A DNA stretch of 63,755 bases, the filler included. It is 7 parts of 7 records of this genome, joined end to end, with 100 filler letters (N's around TTAATTAATTAA, not from the genome) between each part and the next. Parts side by side here need not be neighbours in the genome. Positions count along the whole stretch, not along the records: positions 22,035 to 35,011 come from SRR31147125_2979; positions 35,112 to 50,467 come from SRR31147125_2983; 5 more parts are not named here. One strand, 5' to 3'. Shown here piece by piece: positions 26,091 to 37,016 of the stretch (positions within the stretch are counted from its first letter, which is position 1; every line of letters begins with the position of its first letter). The notes under the pieces were generated by a model. It was not told where the DNA came from, made no database searches, and saw only the letters and a program-made list of their open reading frames with translations. The position numbers and the translations under genes were made by a program.

Positions 26091-27329
26091 ATGAAAAAAG
26101 TATTTTTTATTACGGCAATTGTATTTTTGTTTTGTAGCATCACAGTTAAAGCGCAAGACGAAGAAGAAAAAAAATACGGAATTACATTCTCGGGTTTTGT
26201 GAAAAATGATTTTATACTGGATACGCGGCAAACAGTTTCTGCGAGAGACGGGCATTTTCTTTTGTATCCTGCAAATGAGCGTCTTGACAATGACGGGAAA
26301 GATATTAATGCCCGTGCCAGTTTTAACTATCTGTCTATTCAATCTAGGCTTACAGGAAAAATTACCGGCCCTGATGCATTTGGCGCAAAAACTTCGGGTA
26401 TGATTGAAGGTGCTTTTTTCGGACAAGCAGAGGCAAATATTAATAGTTTCCGCTTGAGACATGCATTTATAAAATTAGATTGGGGTTCAACACAGGTAAC
26501 TTTAGGTCAGACCTGGCACACATTTTTTGTAACAGGTTGTTATGCCGGAACGGTATCGTTTAATACAGGTGTGCCGTTTCAATTTTTCTCAAGAAACCCA
26601 CAAATTAGCATCAGTCAAAAAGCAGGGTCATTAACCTTTACGGGGTCTGTAGCTACTCAGTTAGATTTTCAAAGTCCCGGAGGTTCAGAGACACTTCGAA
26701 ACGCGCTTTTGCCAGATATGTCGGGTAGAATAGTTTTTTCACCCAGCGATAAAATTTACACAGGAGTAACACTGGGGTATAAACAATTGGTGCCAAGACT
26801 GGAAACTGCTAGTGGATATATGACAACTGCATCTGTTGGAGGTATTAAGGCACAAGCATTTTTAAAAGCAGTGGCTAATTTAGTTACATTTAAATTACAA
26901 GGTATTTACGCACAAAATGGGTACGATGGATTAATGCTTGGCGGTTATGCAATTAAAAGAGTTTCCGATCCTGTTAATGACATTAGGGAATATACTACAT
27001 TAAATGTTTTCTCGGTTTGGACTGAGATTCATACTAATACAAAGAGAGTTCAGCCAGGAATCTTTTTTGCTTACATGGAGAATTTAGGTTCGAACGATAA
27101 CATAGAAGATTTAACCGTACTCAATGTATATTCACGAGGATCTGATATTGCCAGCTTATACAGGGTGTCTCCCCGATTAGTGTTTAATAGCGGAAAAACA
27201 AGGTTTGCTTTAGAGGTGGAACATACAGGGGCTGCATATGGATCAACACATGATGCAAAAGGTGTTCCTCAAAATACAAAAACAATTACCAATACCAGGG
27301 TATTGGTAGCTGCATTCTATTTCTTTTAA
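26091..27329 (+). CDS. DcaP-like outer-membrane porin
   Basis: Signal peptide, QSRL, FRLRHAF..LGQTW..F, RNPQI, C-terminal aromatic YFF. Confidence 0.75.
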   Translation: MKKVFFITAIVFLFCSITVKAQDEEEKKYGITFSGFVKNDFILDTRQTVSARDGHFLLYPANERLDNDGKDINARASFNYLSIQSRLTGKITGPDAFGAKTSGMIEGAFFGQAEANINSFRLRHAFIKLDWGSTQVTLGQTWHTFFVTGCYAGTVSFNTGVPFQFFSRNPQISISQKAGSLTFTGSVATQLDFQSPGGSETLRNALLPDMSGRIVFSPSDKIYTGVTLGYKQLVPRLETASGYMTTASVGGIKAQAFLKAVANLVTFKLQGIYAQNGYDGLMLGGYAIKRVSDPVNDIREYTTLNVFSVWTEIHTNTKRVQPGIFFAYMENLGSNDNIEDLTVLNVYSRGSDIASLYRVSPRLVFNSGKTRFALEVEHTGAAYGSTHDAKGVPQNTKTITNTRVLVAAFYFF

Positions 27330-28075
27330 TGAGAATTGCATTAGTAACAGATATTCATGAAGATATAATCAGCTTAAAGAATGCTTTTAGAATAATCGAA
27401 AAAAGCAAGGTTGATGAAATAATATGTCTTGGCGATATATCAGGATTTAGTGTTCCAAGTTATAGTTACCAAAGAGAAAGGAATGCTCACAAATGTTTAT
27501 TGTTACTAAGAGATAACTGCACATCCATTATCCTAGGTAATCATGATATTCATGCGGGAAAAATTATTCCTAAACATTGCTCTTTTTTTGATTACCCGGA
27601 AGATTGGTACAAATTAGGATATTTCAAGCGTAAAGACCTGGCAAAAGGGGTGCTATGGTTGCATGAAGAATGTGATCTGGATCCCTTATATTTTGAAGAA
27701 GATATCGAATTCCTGAACTCATTGCCGGAAATTGATTCTATTGATGTTCAGGGTTATAAAATATTATTGAGCCACTACATTTACCCGAATATTTCAGGGC
27801 TTAAACGAGAATTCTATACGTATCAGGATGAGTTCAGGCAACATTTTGAGTACATGAAGCAGAGCAACTGTTCGATTAGCTTTACCGGCCATGCACATAC
27901 AAAAGGAATTTTTATAGTAGACGAGCGTAAGTACAGACAAATAAAAAAAGGTAAATTTATTATTGATAAATTGCCTGTATGTATTGGGATTCCACCCATT
28001 ACAAGAGGCAGAAAAACAAGTGGTTTTTGTATTTTTGATTCAGATGAAATGTCTGTACAGAGTGTTAAATTTTAA
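27329..28075 (+). CDS. Calcineurin-like metallophosphoesterase
   Basis: TDIHE, CLGDI, LGNHD, SH, TGHAH. Confidence 0.9.
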   Translation: MRIALVTDIHEDIISLKNAFRIIEKSKVDEIICLGDISGFSVPSYSYQRERNAHKCLLLLRDNCTSIILGNHDIHAGKIIPKHCSFFDYPEDWYKLGYFKRKDLAKGVLWLHEECDLDPLYFEEDIEFLNSLPEIDSIDVQGYKILLSHYIYPNISGLKREFYTYQDEFRQHFEYMKQSNCSISFTGHAHTKGIFIVDERKYRQIKKGKFIIDKLPVCIGIPPITRGRKTSGFCIFDSDEMSVQSVKF

Positions 28076-28085
28076 TAATTAAACC

Positions 28086-30587
28086 ATGCCGGGAACTGGG
28101 CTGCATAAGTTTTTTCTAAGTATTGTAATCCCTTCAATACTGGCAATTGTATTATTTGTTATCTCAATTTTTGTGTTTATTATTCCATCTTTTGAGAAAA
28201 ATATTCTGGAACGAAAAAAAGAGATGATTAGTGAGCTGACAAATACAGCCTGGAGTCTCTTGGAAGAATATAACAATGAATATGAAGATTCAATTTATTC
28301 ATTGGATGAAGCACAAACAATTGCCGCTTCAAAAATTGAAAAGATGCGGTATGGAGGGGAAAGCAAAGATTATTTCTGGATTATAGATAAACACCCTACC
28401 ATGGTCATGCACCCGTATCGGGATGATCTTATTCATGCTGATTTAACAACCTATCAGGATCCGAATGGTGTAAAGTTGTTTATGGAGGCTGTATCTGTTG
28501 TTCAGGAAGAAGGTGAAGGATTCATCCATTATATGTGGCAATGGAAAGACGATTCAACAAATATTGTCCCCAAGATTTCTTATGTTAAAGAATACAAACC
28601 TTGGGGGTGGATTGTTGGCACCGGGATTTATTTAGACGATGTGAATCGGGAGATAAAAATAATTAAGGGACGCATTGTTAGGGTTTCGCTGATAATCACA
28701 TTAATTGTAACGATTATTCTTTTGTTTGTTATTCGTGAAAGCTTAAAAATTGAACACAAGCGAAAAAATGCAGAAACCAATTTAAAGCTTTCGAGGCAAA
28801 AGTATAAGTCACTTGTTGAAGCATCAACAGAGGGAACATTAATGATACTCGATCAGCAGATTATTTTTTCAAATCTAAAATTCAGTACATTGTCAGGTTA
28901 TGATATTTCGGAGATACCCTCATTAAAATTTGAGAATATTTTTAAGAACGATTGGCAGCAAATACTATCAAACTTTGATGATCCGAAAAAAACTGTCACA
29001 ATAGAAAATCAAATTGTTTGTAAAGACAGAACAATAAAAGATGTTGTTATCTCTGTTTCTAAAATCAAGCACGATGGATCCGATGGTTTTATAATTGTAA
29101 CCAAGGAGATTACCCAACAGCGATTGTTGGAAAAGGAATCGGAGAAATTAGCCCAGGAATTACAAACTTCTCTGCTGCTGATGAACCAGCCCATTAACTT
29201 TTTTGCAAAAAAGATTATTAAATGCTCCATTGATACATCTATCTCAGATGCTGTGCTAATGATGACCAGGAAAGACAGCGATTCAATTTTTATACACAAG
29301 GGCGATAGTATAGTTGGAATTTTGTGCGATAACGATTTACGGGAAAGAGTTCTGGTAAATGATTTAGATACGAATAAATCGGTTCTCGAAGTAATGAGCT
29401 CTCCGGTAATTTCAATACCTGAAAATGCTTTGTTGTACGAGGCAGTTTTGCTTTTCAGAAATAAGAATATTTCTCACCTGGGCATTTTAAATAAAGACGG
29501 GATTATCGATGGAGTGATTGGCTACAAAGATTTAGCCATGATGCAACAAAACTCGGTGAGTTATTTTATTCGTGAAATCGAAATAACCGAGACCATTGAT
29601 GAAATTGTTAAGATCTATCAAAAAGTTCCTGTTTTAATTAACGCGCTTATACAAAGTGGAGATAAAACGCATAATATAACACATATAATTTCTTCAATTT
29701 CCGACGCAATTACAAAACGAATAATTGAATTAGCAATTGAGGAAACCGGCACACCACCATGTGAATTTGCATTTATGGTTATGGGAAGCGAGGGACGAAT
29801 GGAACAAACACTTTCTACCGACCAGGATAACGCCATTGTATTTGAAAAAACAGATGAAGTAAGGCAAGCAAATACATATTTCTTAAAACTGGGAGAAAAG
29901 ATAAATCAGAACTTACATCTGGTTGGTTACAAATATTGTAGGGGTGAAATTATGGCGAAAAATCCAAAATGGACACAGCCGCTCTATATTTGGAAAGAGT
30001 ACTTTTCTCACTGGTTGAGTTCAAGCGATCCGCAAAGTATTTTAGATGCCAGCATTTTCTTCGATTTTAGATGTGTTTATGGTAAAACAGAACTGATTAC
30101 AGAACTTCGAAATCATGTAAACCAATCCATTGAGAACAGACCAATATTTTTTTATCACCTGGCGCAATCCATCATAAAATTTAAACCACCAATTAGTTTA
30201 TTTGGCAACATCAAAGGCGATAGCCAGTCTAGTAATGAATTGAACCTGGATGTAAAAAAGATACTTCACCCCATGGTCGGTTTTGTTAGGTTGTATGCGC
30301 TTAAAAACAAAACACTTGAGACCAATACGCTGATGAGGTTAAATGAACTGCAACAGAGGCAAATTATTCCGAATTCAATTTACAGTGAGTTAAAACTTTC
30401 TTATAATTACTTGATGCAGATAAGACTTCGGTTTCAGACCCAAAAGATTTTGCAGAACGAAATACCCGATAATACGATAGACATAAATAAATTAAACCAT
30501 ATTGAAATAGCTACGCTTAAGAAGATATTTGGTGAATTGGGGAATATTCAAACAAAATTGAATTTTGATTTTGGGAATAAGGGGTGA
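28086..30587 (+). CDS. Membrane sCache_2-PAS-CBS-CBS-DUF294 nucleotidyltransferase-like protein
   Basis: TM; Cache_2 (MRYG..KDYFWI...MVMHP...QDPNG...PKISYV...WGWIVGTGIYLDDV); TM; PAS; CBS pair; NTase GSEGRMEQTLSTDQDNA; IFFDFR; DUF294_C. Confidence 0.88.
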   Translation: MPGTGLHKFFLSIVIPSILAIVLFVISIFVFIIPSFEKNILERKKEMISELTNTAWSLLEEYNNEYEDSIYSLDEAQTIAASKIEKMRYGGESKDYFWIIDKHPTMVMHPYRDDLIHADLTTYQDPNGVKLFMEAVSVVQEEGEGFIHYMWQWKDDSTNIVPKISYVKEYKPWGWIVGTGIYLDDVNREIKIIKGRIVRVSLIITLIVTIILLFVIRESLKIEHKRKNAETNLKLSRQKYKSLVEASTEGTLMILDQQIIFSNLKFSTLSGYDISEIPSLKFENIFKNDWQQILSNFDDPKKTVTIENQIVCKDRTIKDVVISVSKIKHDGSDGFIIVTKEITQQRLLEKESEKLAQELQTSLLLMNQPINFFAKKIIKCSIDTSISDAVLMMTRKDSDSIFIHKGDSIVGILCDNDLRERVLVNDLDTNKSVLEVMSSPVISIPENALLYEAVLLFRNKNISHLGILNKDGIIDGVIGYKDLAMMQQNSVSYFIREIEITETIDEIVKIYQKVPVLINALIQSGDKTHNITHIISSISDAITKRIIELAIEETGTPPCEFAFMVMGSEGRMEQTLSTDQDNAIVFEKTDEVRQANTYFLKLGEKINQNLHLVGYKYCRGEIMAKNPKWTQPLYIWKEYFSHWLSSSDPQSILDASIFFDFRCVYGKTELITELRNHVNQSIENRPIFFYHLAQSIIKFKPPISLFGNIKGDSQSSNELNLDVKKILHPMVGFVRLYALKNKTLETNTLMRLNELQQRQIIPNSIYSELKLSYNYLMQIRLRFQTQKILQNEIPDNTIDINKLNHIEIATLKKIFGELGNIQTKLNFDFGNKG

Positions 30588-30637
30588 TTTAATTATCTGG
30601 GACTTTTAATTCAGTTAAAAAATTAATAATTGATAAC

Positions 30638-31180
30638 ATGAATAATTTTATTTTGATTACACAAGTGCAGCCTTCTCCAATGTTATTAAAAGATTGGTTA
30701 AGTTTAATTGCTTTATTTTTTAGTGCTATTGTTGCTGTGCTAATTGGACAATACCTACAAGTAAAAAAGTCAAAGAATGATAGAGAATATTCTAATAAAT
30801 TTTCTGTTTTTGCATCTATTTTGGGATTGCGGCATGCAAGAGCAAATAATGAACAATTTGTAATAGCAATTAATCAAATACCTATTGTGTTTAATAAAAA
30901 TAGAAAAGTTTTGGAAAAGCTAAACATTTTTATTGCAACACATTCTAATACGACATTGCCAGAATCCCAGGCTTTGGAAAACCTACAATCAGATTTGAAT
31001 GATCTTGTTCTTGAAATTGCAAAAGATCTTGGTTACACAAATATTGACAATAAGGTAATGAGAACTTTTTATAATCCTGATGCATCGTCTTTACGTTATC
31101 ACTCAAATTATTTGCAAAATAAAATATCGGAAATTAATAATTCTAGATTGTTGTCTGATTTGCAAAGAAATGAAAGTTGA
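30638..31180 (+). CDS. Hypothetical protein, DUF6680-like
   Basis: TM followed by FVIAINQIPIVF...DLVLEIAKDLGY. Confidence 0.6.
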   Translation: MNNFILITQVQPSPMLLKDWLSLIALFFSAIVAVLIGQYLQVKKSKNDREYSNKFSVFASILGLRHARANNEQFVIAINQIPIVFNKNRKVLEKLNIFIATHSNTTLPESQALENLQSDLNDLVLEIAKDLGYTNIDNKVMRTFYNPDASSLRYHSNYLQNKISEINNSRLLSDLQRNES

Positions 31181-31214
31181 ATTGGAAATCAATTATTAAA
31201 AAATCAATGTTGAG

Positions 31215-31868
31215 ATGAAAATTTATTCACTACTTAAAAATAATATAGGAACAGTCTCTTCTGCCCTCGGAAAAGAACTCGCTCAAAAAGTATTGGATGG
31301 AGATAATGATATTCTTCTGGAAGCAGTTGAGTTATCGGTTTACAATCCAGATAAGAAAGAAGATAAAAGCATAAGGGCCGGAGCAGCAAAAATTGTGGAA
31401 ATAGTTGCCGAGAAACAACCTGAATGGGTAGCCCCATATCTTGAAAAGCTTCTGCCAGCCCTATCTGTAGCAGAACCACAGACACGTTGGATGATAATTA
31501 GGACAATGGGATTTTGCGCCAAACTTAATGAACAAATTGCAGCACAGGCATTATTGTACGCAGAGAAATACATCACAACTAAAAATGAAGGATTAATTGT
31601 ACCCAGTTCAGCCGATTTATTTTTGGGTGATTACGGGGCAATCTCAGAGAAACATGCAACCAAAGTATTTCCTATTCTTGAAAAATCAATGAACAACGTT
31701 GTAAAAAACGAGCACGATTGGTTGTTGGAAGCGTGTTATAAGATTTTTAAAAACCTTGGTGCAAATGAGCGAGAAATAATACTATCGTTTGCTCGGTTAA
31801 ACCTAGCATCAGAAAGAAAGAGCACACAAAAACGATCCAAAAAAATACTTAAGTTAAGTGAAAAATAA
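31215..31868 (+). CDS. HEAT/ARM-repeat-like hypothetical protein
   Basis: Helical repeats IRAGAAKIVEIVAEKQPEWVAPYL and EPQTRW. Confidence 0.6.
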   Translation: MKIYSLLKNNIGTVSSALGKELAQKVLDGDNDILLEAVELSVYNPDKKEDKSIRAGAAKIVEIVAEKQPEWVAPYLEKLLPALSVAEPQTRWMIIRTMGFCAKLNEQIAAQALLYAEKYITTKNEGLIVPSSADLFLGDYGAISEKHATKVFPILEKSMNNVVKNEHDWLLEACYKIFKNLGANEREIILSFARLNLASERKSTQKRSKKILKLSEK

Positions 31869-32337
31869 TATTCGATTTAGCCACATTAACATTATTACAA
31901 AGGATTGGAAACGGCTTGCCAATTTTTATATCGAGGTATTTGATTGCATACCCGTTTACCCTGAGCGTGATTTGTCAGGAAAATGGATTGATAAGGCAAC
32001 AAATATAAATAATGTTGAGATAAAAGGGATACACCTGAGTCTGCCCGGATACAAGGATGCCCCAACAATTGAAATATTTGAATACAACAGCACACCTCAA
32101 CATAAAACTACCTATTCAATTGATGAGATGGGATTTCGACATATTGCATTTCATGTAGATAACGTTGAAGAGACGCTCAAAAAAATAATTGAAGCTGGAG
32201 GCGAAAGATACGGCAAGCTGGTTGCAAAGCATTTTGAAGGTATCGGCAACCTCAAAGTAATTTATGCAAAAGATATTGATGGCAATATCGTAGAGATTCA
32301 AAATTGGAAGAAAAAAGACACCTTTAATAACGATTGA
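31858..32337 (+). CDS. VOC / glyoxalase family protein
   Basis: HINI...FY, IEIFEY, GFRHIAFHVD, DIDGNIVEIQ. Confidence 0.9.
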   Translation: MKNNIRFSHINIITKDWKRLANFYIEVFDCIPVYPERDLSGKWIDKATNINNVEIKGIHLSLPGYKDAPTIEIFEYNSTPQHKTTYSIDEMGFRHIAFHVDNVEETLKKIIEAGGERYGKLVAKHFEGIGNLKVIYAKDIDGNIVEIQNWKKKDTFNND

Positions 32338-32407
32338 TTTTTAGCTGATTAACTTTTTTGAGGTAATTATTTCATTTAAGAAGAAGTTATTTTGCTATTT
32401 TTAGATT

Positions 32408-33370
32408 ATGTATTTGAGCATAATTAGGTTTTTATTTTTGCTACTATTCACTTCTTTTCATTTAGTTAGCTTTTCGCAGGATAATACCTGGTGGGAAGAA
32501 AAACATAACTGGGATGGGGTTAGTCCATGGTCGAGCTACATGATTTTCTCACCTGGTTTTATGGGGCCAAACGCCTTGCCTGTACCCGATTCAAAAGATG
32601 GGTTATTGCCAAATTATACCTTCCTGGGTATTGCATACGAAAATCACTTTAGCAAAGGTGATAATACAAAAGATTTATACACACAGTTATATTTTCCCTT
32701 GTTTTCAGATAGGGCCGGAATAAACATTAATTATGTTTTGGTTGAGCATTATAATATGGATTCGACAACCAGGGATTTGAGGAGGTCTCGCGATTATGAC
32801 GGCAAAGGAAAGAGTTTTGGAGATGTTTACGTGAGTACATACATCCAGTTTTTAAAAGACATGGATAAATTACCCGATGTGCTTGTTACTGCGAATATAA
32901 AAACAGCATCAGGAACAAATCTAGGAGCTGCACGAAATACAGATGCACCGGGCTATTTTTTCGATTGTTCCATAGGTAAGGATATAAGATTGAAAAATAA
33001 TTCTTTTTTGAAATCAGTGAGACCGCACGGAATGTTGGGGTTCTATGCATGGCAAACAAACAGGACTGATTATTTTCAAAATGATGCGATTACCTATGGC
33101 GTTGGTTTAAATTTTCATTTCTCAAAATTTGAGCTTAATAATTCATTGGATGGATATTCAGGTTATATTGATAACGGTGATCGTCCCATTGTTTTTCGAA
33201 GTGTTCTAAAAACTCAGTTTAAATCGATAATCAACTGTAAATTAATGTTCCAGCATGGTATTCGAGATTTCCCTTACAACACTGTTCGCGCAGGCTTTGA
33301 AATTAATTTTAATAAAATAGTTAAGGAATTTGGAATGAACAAGAAACCAGTAACTAGCAACCGGTACTGA
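32408..33370 (+). CDS. Secreted or outer-membrane hypothetical protein
   Basis: Signal peptide and beta-strand-rich mature sequence. Confidence 0.65.
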   Translation: MYLSIIRFLFLLLFTSFHLVSFSQDNTWWEEKHNWDGVSPWSSYMIFSPGFMGPNALPVPDSKDGLLPNYTFLGIAYENHFSKGDNTKDLYTQLYFPLFSDRAGININYVLVEHYNMDSTTRDLRRSRDYDGKGKSFGDVYVSTYIQFLKDMDKLPDVLVTANIKTASGTNLGAARNTDAPGYFFDCSIGKDIRLKNNSFLKSVRPHGMLGFYAWQTNRTDYFQNDAITYGVGLNFHFSKFELNNSLDGYSGYIDNGDRPIVFRSVLKTQFKSIINCKLMFQHGIRDFPYNTVRAGFEINFNKIVKEFGMNKKPVTSNRY

Positions 33371-33700
33371 TATTTACATTAGTGTCAAGTTAAGCATCAA
33401 TTATCGCTTTCCCACACTTACCACTAGCCCCTATAGGGGAATGCTGGTCCCTTTAGGGAAATTAAGGGTGAGGGAGGGCAAATGAATACCGGCACTTTAA
33501 ACTTGATTTGAGTCTCGTTCTCCCAAAATTTTCTTGCCTCTTTGTTAACCGTAGATATTTTTGCGATTATTTCTTTTCAGCAGCATTTGCAGCTTGCCAT
33601 AGGGCAATATTTGTGAGTTATCCATTGTAATTTTTAGTTAGTTGAAAACAATGCCCAACCGCCTTTGATATTGAAATGAATAATCAACCGGTAACTGAAA

Positions 33701-33940
33701 TTATTCTAATTCACTAAGAATCTTCATTGCCTCAACTTTTGAATAACCACAGAACAAAGATTCTGCTTGAAAAGCATCACATACTTTGGGTCTGTCCGGG
33801 CTTTCAAAAATGGCACATTTCATATCGTCTGTTAAGTGAATGCATCTTACACCAGCCGGTTTTCCATTGGGCATTCCTGGTATGGGGGAAGAAATTGAAG
33901 GGATGATGCAACATGCTCCGCATCCGGGTCTACATTCCAT
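33701..33940 (-). CDS. YkgJ-family cysteine-cluster protein
   Basis: [33 protein letters not shown]...RPKVC. Confidence 0.9.
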   Translation of the reverse strand: MECRPGCGACCIIPSISSPIPGMPNGKPAGVRCIHLTDDMKCAIFESPDRPKVCDAFQAESLFCGYSKVEAMKILSELE

Positions 33941-33943
33941 AAT

Positions 33944-34357
33944 TTAAAGTTTGGGTTTTATTCGTGTTTGTTTTTTCTCTGCAATTCTTTTTTTATTCTG
34001 TATTCGTTTTTCAACAGAACCTCTTGTTGGTTTAGTCCGTATTCTTTTTTTCTCTTTTTTTAGCGCATATATTAATAAAGCATAGAATTTTTCCTTTGCA
34101 GATGTTTTGTTTTTTAGCTGACTGCGAAATTCCTGGGAAAAGATTTGCAAATATCCATCGTCATTTATTTTATTTCCCAGTTTGAGCTTTACAAGCGTTT
34201 TTTCATCCCCAGTGAGAACCTCCGAATTATCTACATGAAATCGTAATTCTACTTTGGTTTCGGTTTTATTTACATGCTGACCGCCAGGCCCACCGCTCCT
34301 TGCAAAGTAAAATTCAAATTCTTTTTCGAAATCTCTATCGTTGTAATGTAAATTCAT
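33944..34357 (-). CDS. arfB: Alternative ribosome rescue peptidyl-tRNA hydrolase ArfB
   Basis: RSGGPGGQHVNKT (GGQ motif), RSQLKN, basic tail RIRTKPTRGS. Confidence 0.92.
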   Translation of the reverse strand: MNLHYNDRDFEKEFEFYFARSGGPGGQHVNKTETKVELRFHVDNSEVLTGDEKTLVKLKLGNKINDDGYLQIFSQEFRSQLKNKTSAKEKFYALLIYALKKEKKRIRTKPTRGSVEKRIQNKKRIAEKKQTRIKPKL

Positions 34358-34442
34358 AGTTGTTTTTCCGATGGCAAAAATAAAAAAGAGAGCCATTTGA
34401 CTCCCTTTTTATTGCGGAAAATTTATGTAAAAGTAAAACTTA

Positions 34443-34877
34443 CTAATTGGAGAGATATGATTTATACATCCACAATGTTTTTTCTTGTGATGAAATGTAG
34501 TCGCTCATCAATGCGACAGTTCCTTCATCGTTTTCTTCAGAACTAACTTCAAGAATATCTTTTTCTTTGTTCAATAATGTTTCTAATCCGCTAACAACTT
34601 CAGATACGGTAGATTCAGCAGTCGTTCTGTTTTCAGATTCTTTAATGTCAGAAGTTTGAATATATTTCGAGAACGAATGCACTGGAGTATCTCCTAACAT
34701 GAGAATTCGTTCTGCCACTTCATCTGCTTTTTCTGCTAAATCGTTATACAACTCCTCAAATTTTGCATGAAGCACAAAGAATTTTTCACCTTTAATATTC
34801 CAGTGATATCCGCGTGTGTTCATGTAAAATAACTGGATGTCACTTAAAAGTTTGTTTAATTTTTCAATTGTTTTCAT
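34443..34877 (-). CDS. dps: DNA starvation/stationary-phase protection protein Dps
   Basis: YHWNIKG..FFVLHAKFEELY...DEVAERI. Confidence 0.95.
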   Translation of the reverse strand: MKTIEKLNKLLSDIQLFYMNTRGYHWNIKGEKFFVLHAKFEELYNDLAEKADEVAERILMLGDTPVHSFSKYIQTSDIKESENRTTAESTVSEVVSGLETLLNKEKDILEVSSEENDEGTVALMSDYISSQEKTLWMYKSYLSN

Positions 34878-34981
34878 AATTATTTATTTTAATTGTTTTT
34901 GCTATATTATTCTCAAATAAGAATAATTCTTATAAAGAATTAAATATTAAACACAACAAATAAAAATATGTTCAAATGTTT

Positions 34982-35005
34982 TATAATGAACATATGTTCA
35001 TTATA
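34982..35005. promoter_or_regulatory. Perfect 24-bp palindromic operator
   Basis: TATAATGAACAT-ATGTTCATTATA overlaps a TATATTTG box (35002-35009). Confidence 0.6.
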
Positions 35006-35111
35006 TTTGTANNNNNNNNNNNNNNNNNNNNNNNNNNNNNNNNNNNNNNNNNNNNTTAATTAATTAANNNNNNNNNNNNNNNNNNNNNNNNNNNNNNNNN
35101 NNNNNNNNNNN

Positions 35112-35225
35112 TATAGCTTCTTTCAATGTGCCATCTCCGGGAGCAACTGGTATCTGTGCTTGTGCTCCTAAAACACCAATTGCCAAAAATAAAACACATA
35201 CATTTAAAAATAAATATTTCTTCAT
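35112..35225 (-). CDS. N-terminus of a secreted protein, truncated at contig end
   Basis: MKKYLFLNVCVLFLAIGVLGAQAQIPVAPGDGTLKEAI with an AGGAG RBS. Confidence 0.7.
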
Positions 35226-35343
35226 ATTGTATCTCCTGTTTTATGAAAGGTTAATTAAGTAGCACAAACTAATTATAGAATTCATTCTAAACGTAGTAGA
35301 ATTAATTTTCCGATTATAAATATTACATGAAAATAAATAAAAA

Positions 35344-37016
35344 TTAATGAATTAGTTGCATCTTTATCACTTGACTGTTATTTCCAGATTCTAAACAGCA
35401 GAAATATATACCTGAACTAAGGAGCATATCATAAGGGTTCAATCCATCCCATACAACTTCATTATAACCTTGTTGGATTTGCCCCTCGATCAATGTTCGA
35501 ACCAATTTGCCCTGCAAATTAAAAATACGTAGAGAAACTTTTTCCGGTCGGGGAACCGAATAAGAAATAGTTGTATTTGGATTAAACGGATTGGGATAAT
35601 TTTTCAGGAGAAAATGATTTTGGGGTGCTGATTTTTTTCTTCTACTTTTGTAGATGTATTAACAAGTAAACTATTTATATAATTTTCAAGCATAGTGTAG
35701 CCATTTGTATCTACAATATTACGATCGTTATTGTCTTGAGAATCAAGGTCATTTTCTTGTTCCCAATAATCGGGCATGCCATCATGATCAGAATCAGTTG
35801 GAGCATTTTTACTAAACAGATCAGGCCAACCGCCAACATCGTTTTGACTATCTACTATACCTCGTACCATTGAAAAATCCTGAAATCCAAGTAATATTTC
35901 ATAGGATCTGCCTTCAAATGTTGCGGTGCCAGTCTTTACTTCATCTAAAATACGGCAATCAACCTGATCACGAATCGGGTAATTTACGCCAACATGTTCA
36001 AGAACACTGATATAAGCATCATTAGCAGATTGAATTGCAATTGGTTCACATGGGAAAGGTGAAGTAACACGAATAATTGCTTTATCTCTTTCCCTTATTT
36101 TTACACCACCAGCCCAGTTATTAATTGTAATTTCAGGTGCACCATCCACATAGTTTTCTTCAATATACCAACGTCCGTCTTTTCCGTATGGCTCACAAAT
36201 TAAATGTTTTGCATCCTCTGTTGTGGCAGGACCAGGTTTATAATAATTTGCAACCATGTTAATCGAACCATATTCTCCACCATATGAACTTCTATTTCCC
36301 CAATTATAGATAACGTTATTGCAAAAATCCACATTTTCACAAATCATTAATTGACTTCCACCAGAAAATCGGGGATTTCGACTGGAATGATGTGCAAGTA
36401 AATTATGGTGAAATGATGCATTTTTTCCGCCCCAAATCCCACCATAACCATGCGCACCCTCGGTGTGATTAGAAAGGAAAAGACTTTCAGAAATTAAACA
36501 CCATTGAACAGTCAAACTATCAATTCCATAAAAAGATAGACATTCATCAATACTCCAGCTAGCTGAGCAATGATCAATTATAACATTTTTGCAATACCTT
36601 CCCCAAACTGCATCATCTTCCACACCGGATTCATCACCAAGGCGAAATCTTATATAACGAATTATGACTTGATCGGTATAAACATACAACGTTTGGTCTT
36701 TTATGCATATACCGTCTCCCGGAGCCGTTTGACCAGCAATTGTAATATATGGATTAGTAATTCGTAATTCAGATTCTAGAGCAATAGTACCAGATACTCG
36801 AAACACAACAGGCCGGGGGCCACTTGCTTCAATGGCTTCTCGTAAACTACCAGAACCGCTATCATTCAGATTAGTAACTTCATAAACATTACCTCCACGA
36901 CCACCAATAGTATACTTGCCTGCGCCATCAGCTCCTGGGAACGCTAATTGTCGAGCATTAATTAAGGAGGCATTAAAACAGGTACAGAAAATTATAAAAA
37001 ATACACCGTTTTTCAT
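35344..37016 (-). CDS. Pectate lyase (PL1-like) with a C-terminal secretion/FlgD-Ig domain (frameshift near 35610)
   Basis: AFPGADG.G..T.GGRGG, IAGQTAPG, IDHCSASWSIDE, SRNPR. A second frame reads NYPNPFNPNTTISY...WDG...SSGIYF to the stop at 35344. Confidence 0.9.

Noticed and set aside
33371-33700. GC-richer intergenic stretch with short hairpins as a possible ncRNA
   Set aside because: No recognisable family motif or extended structure.
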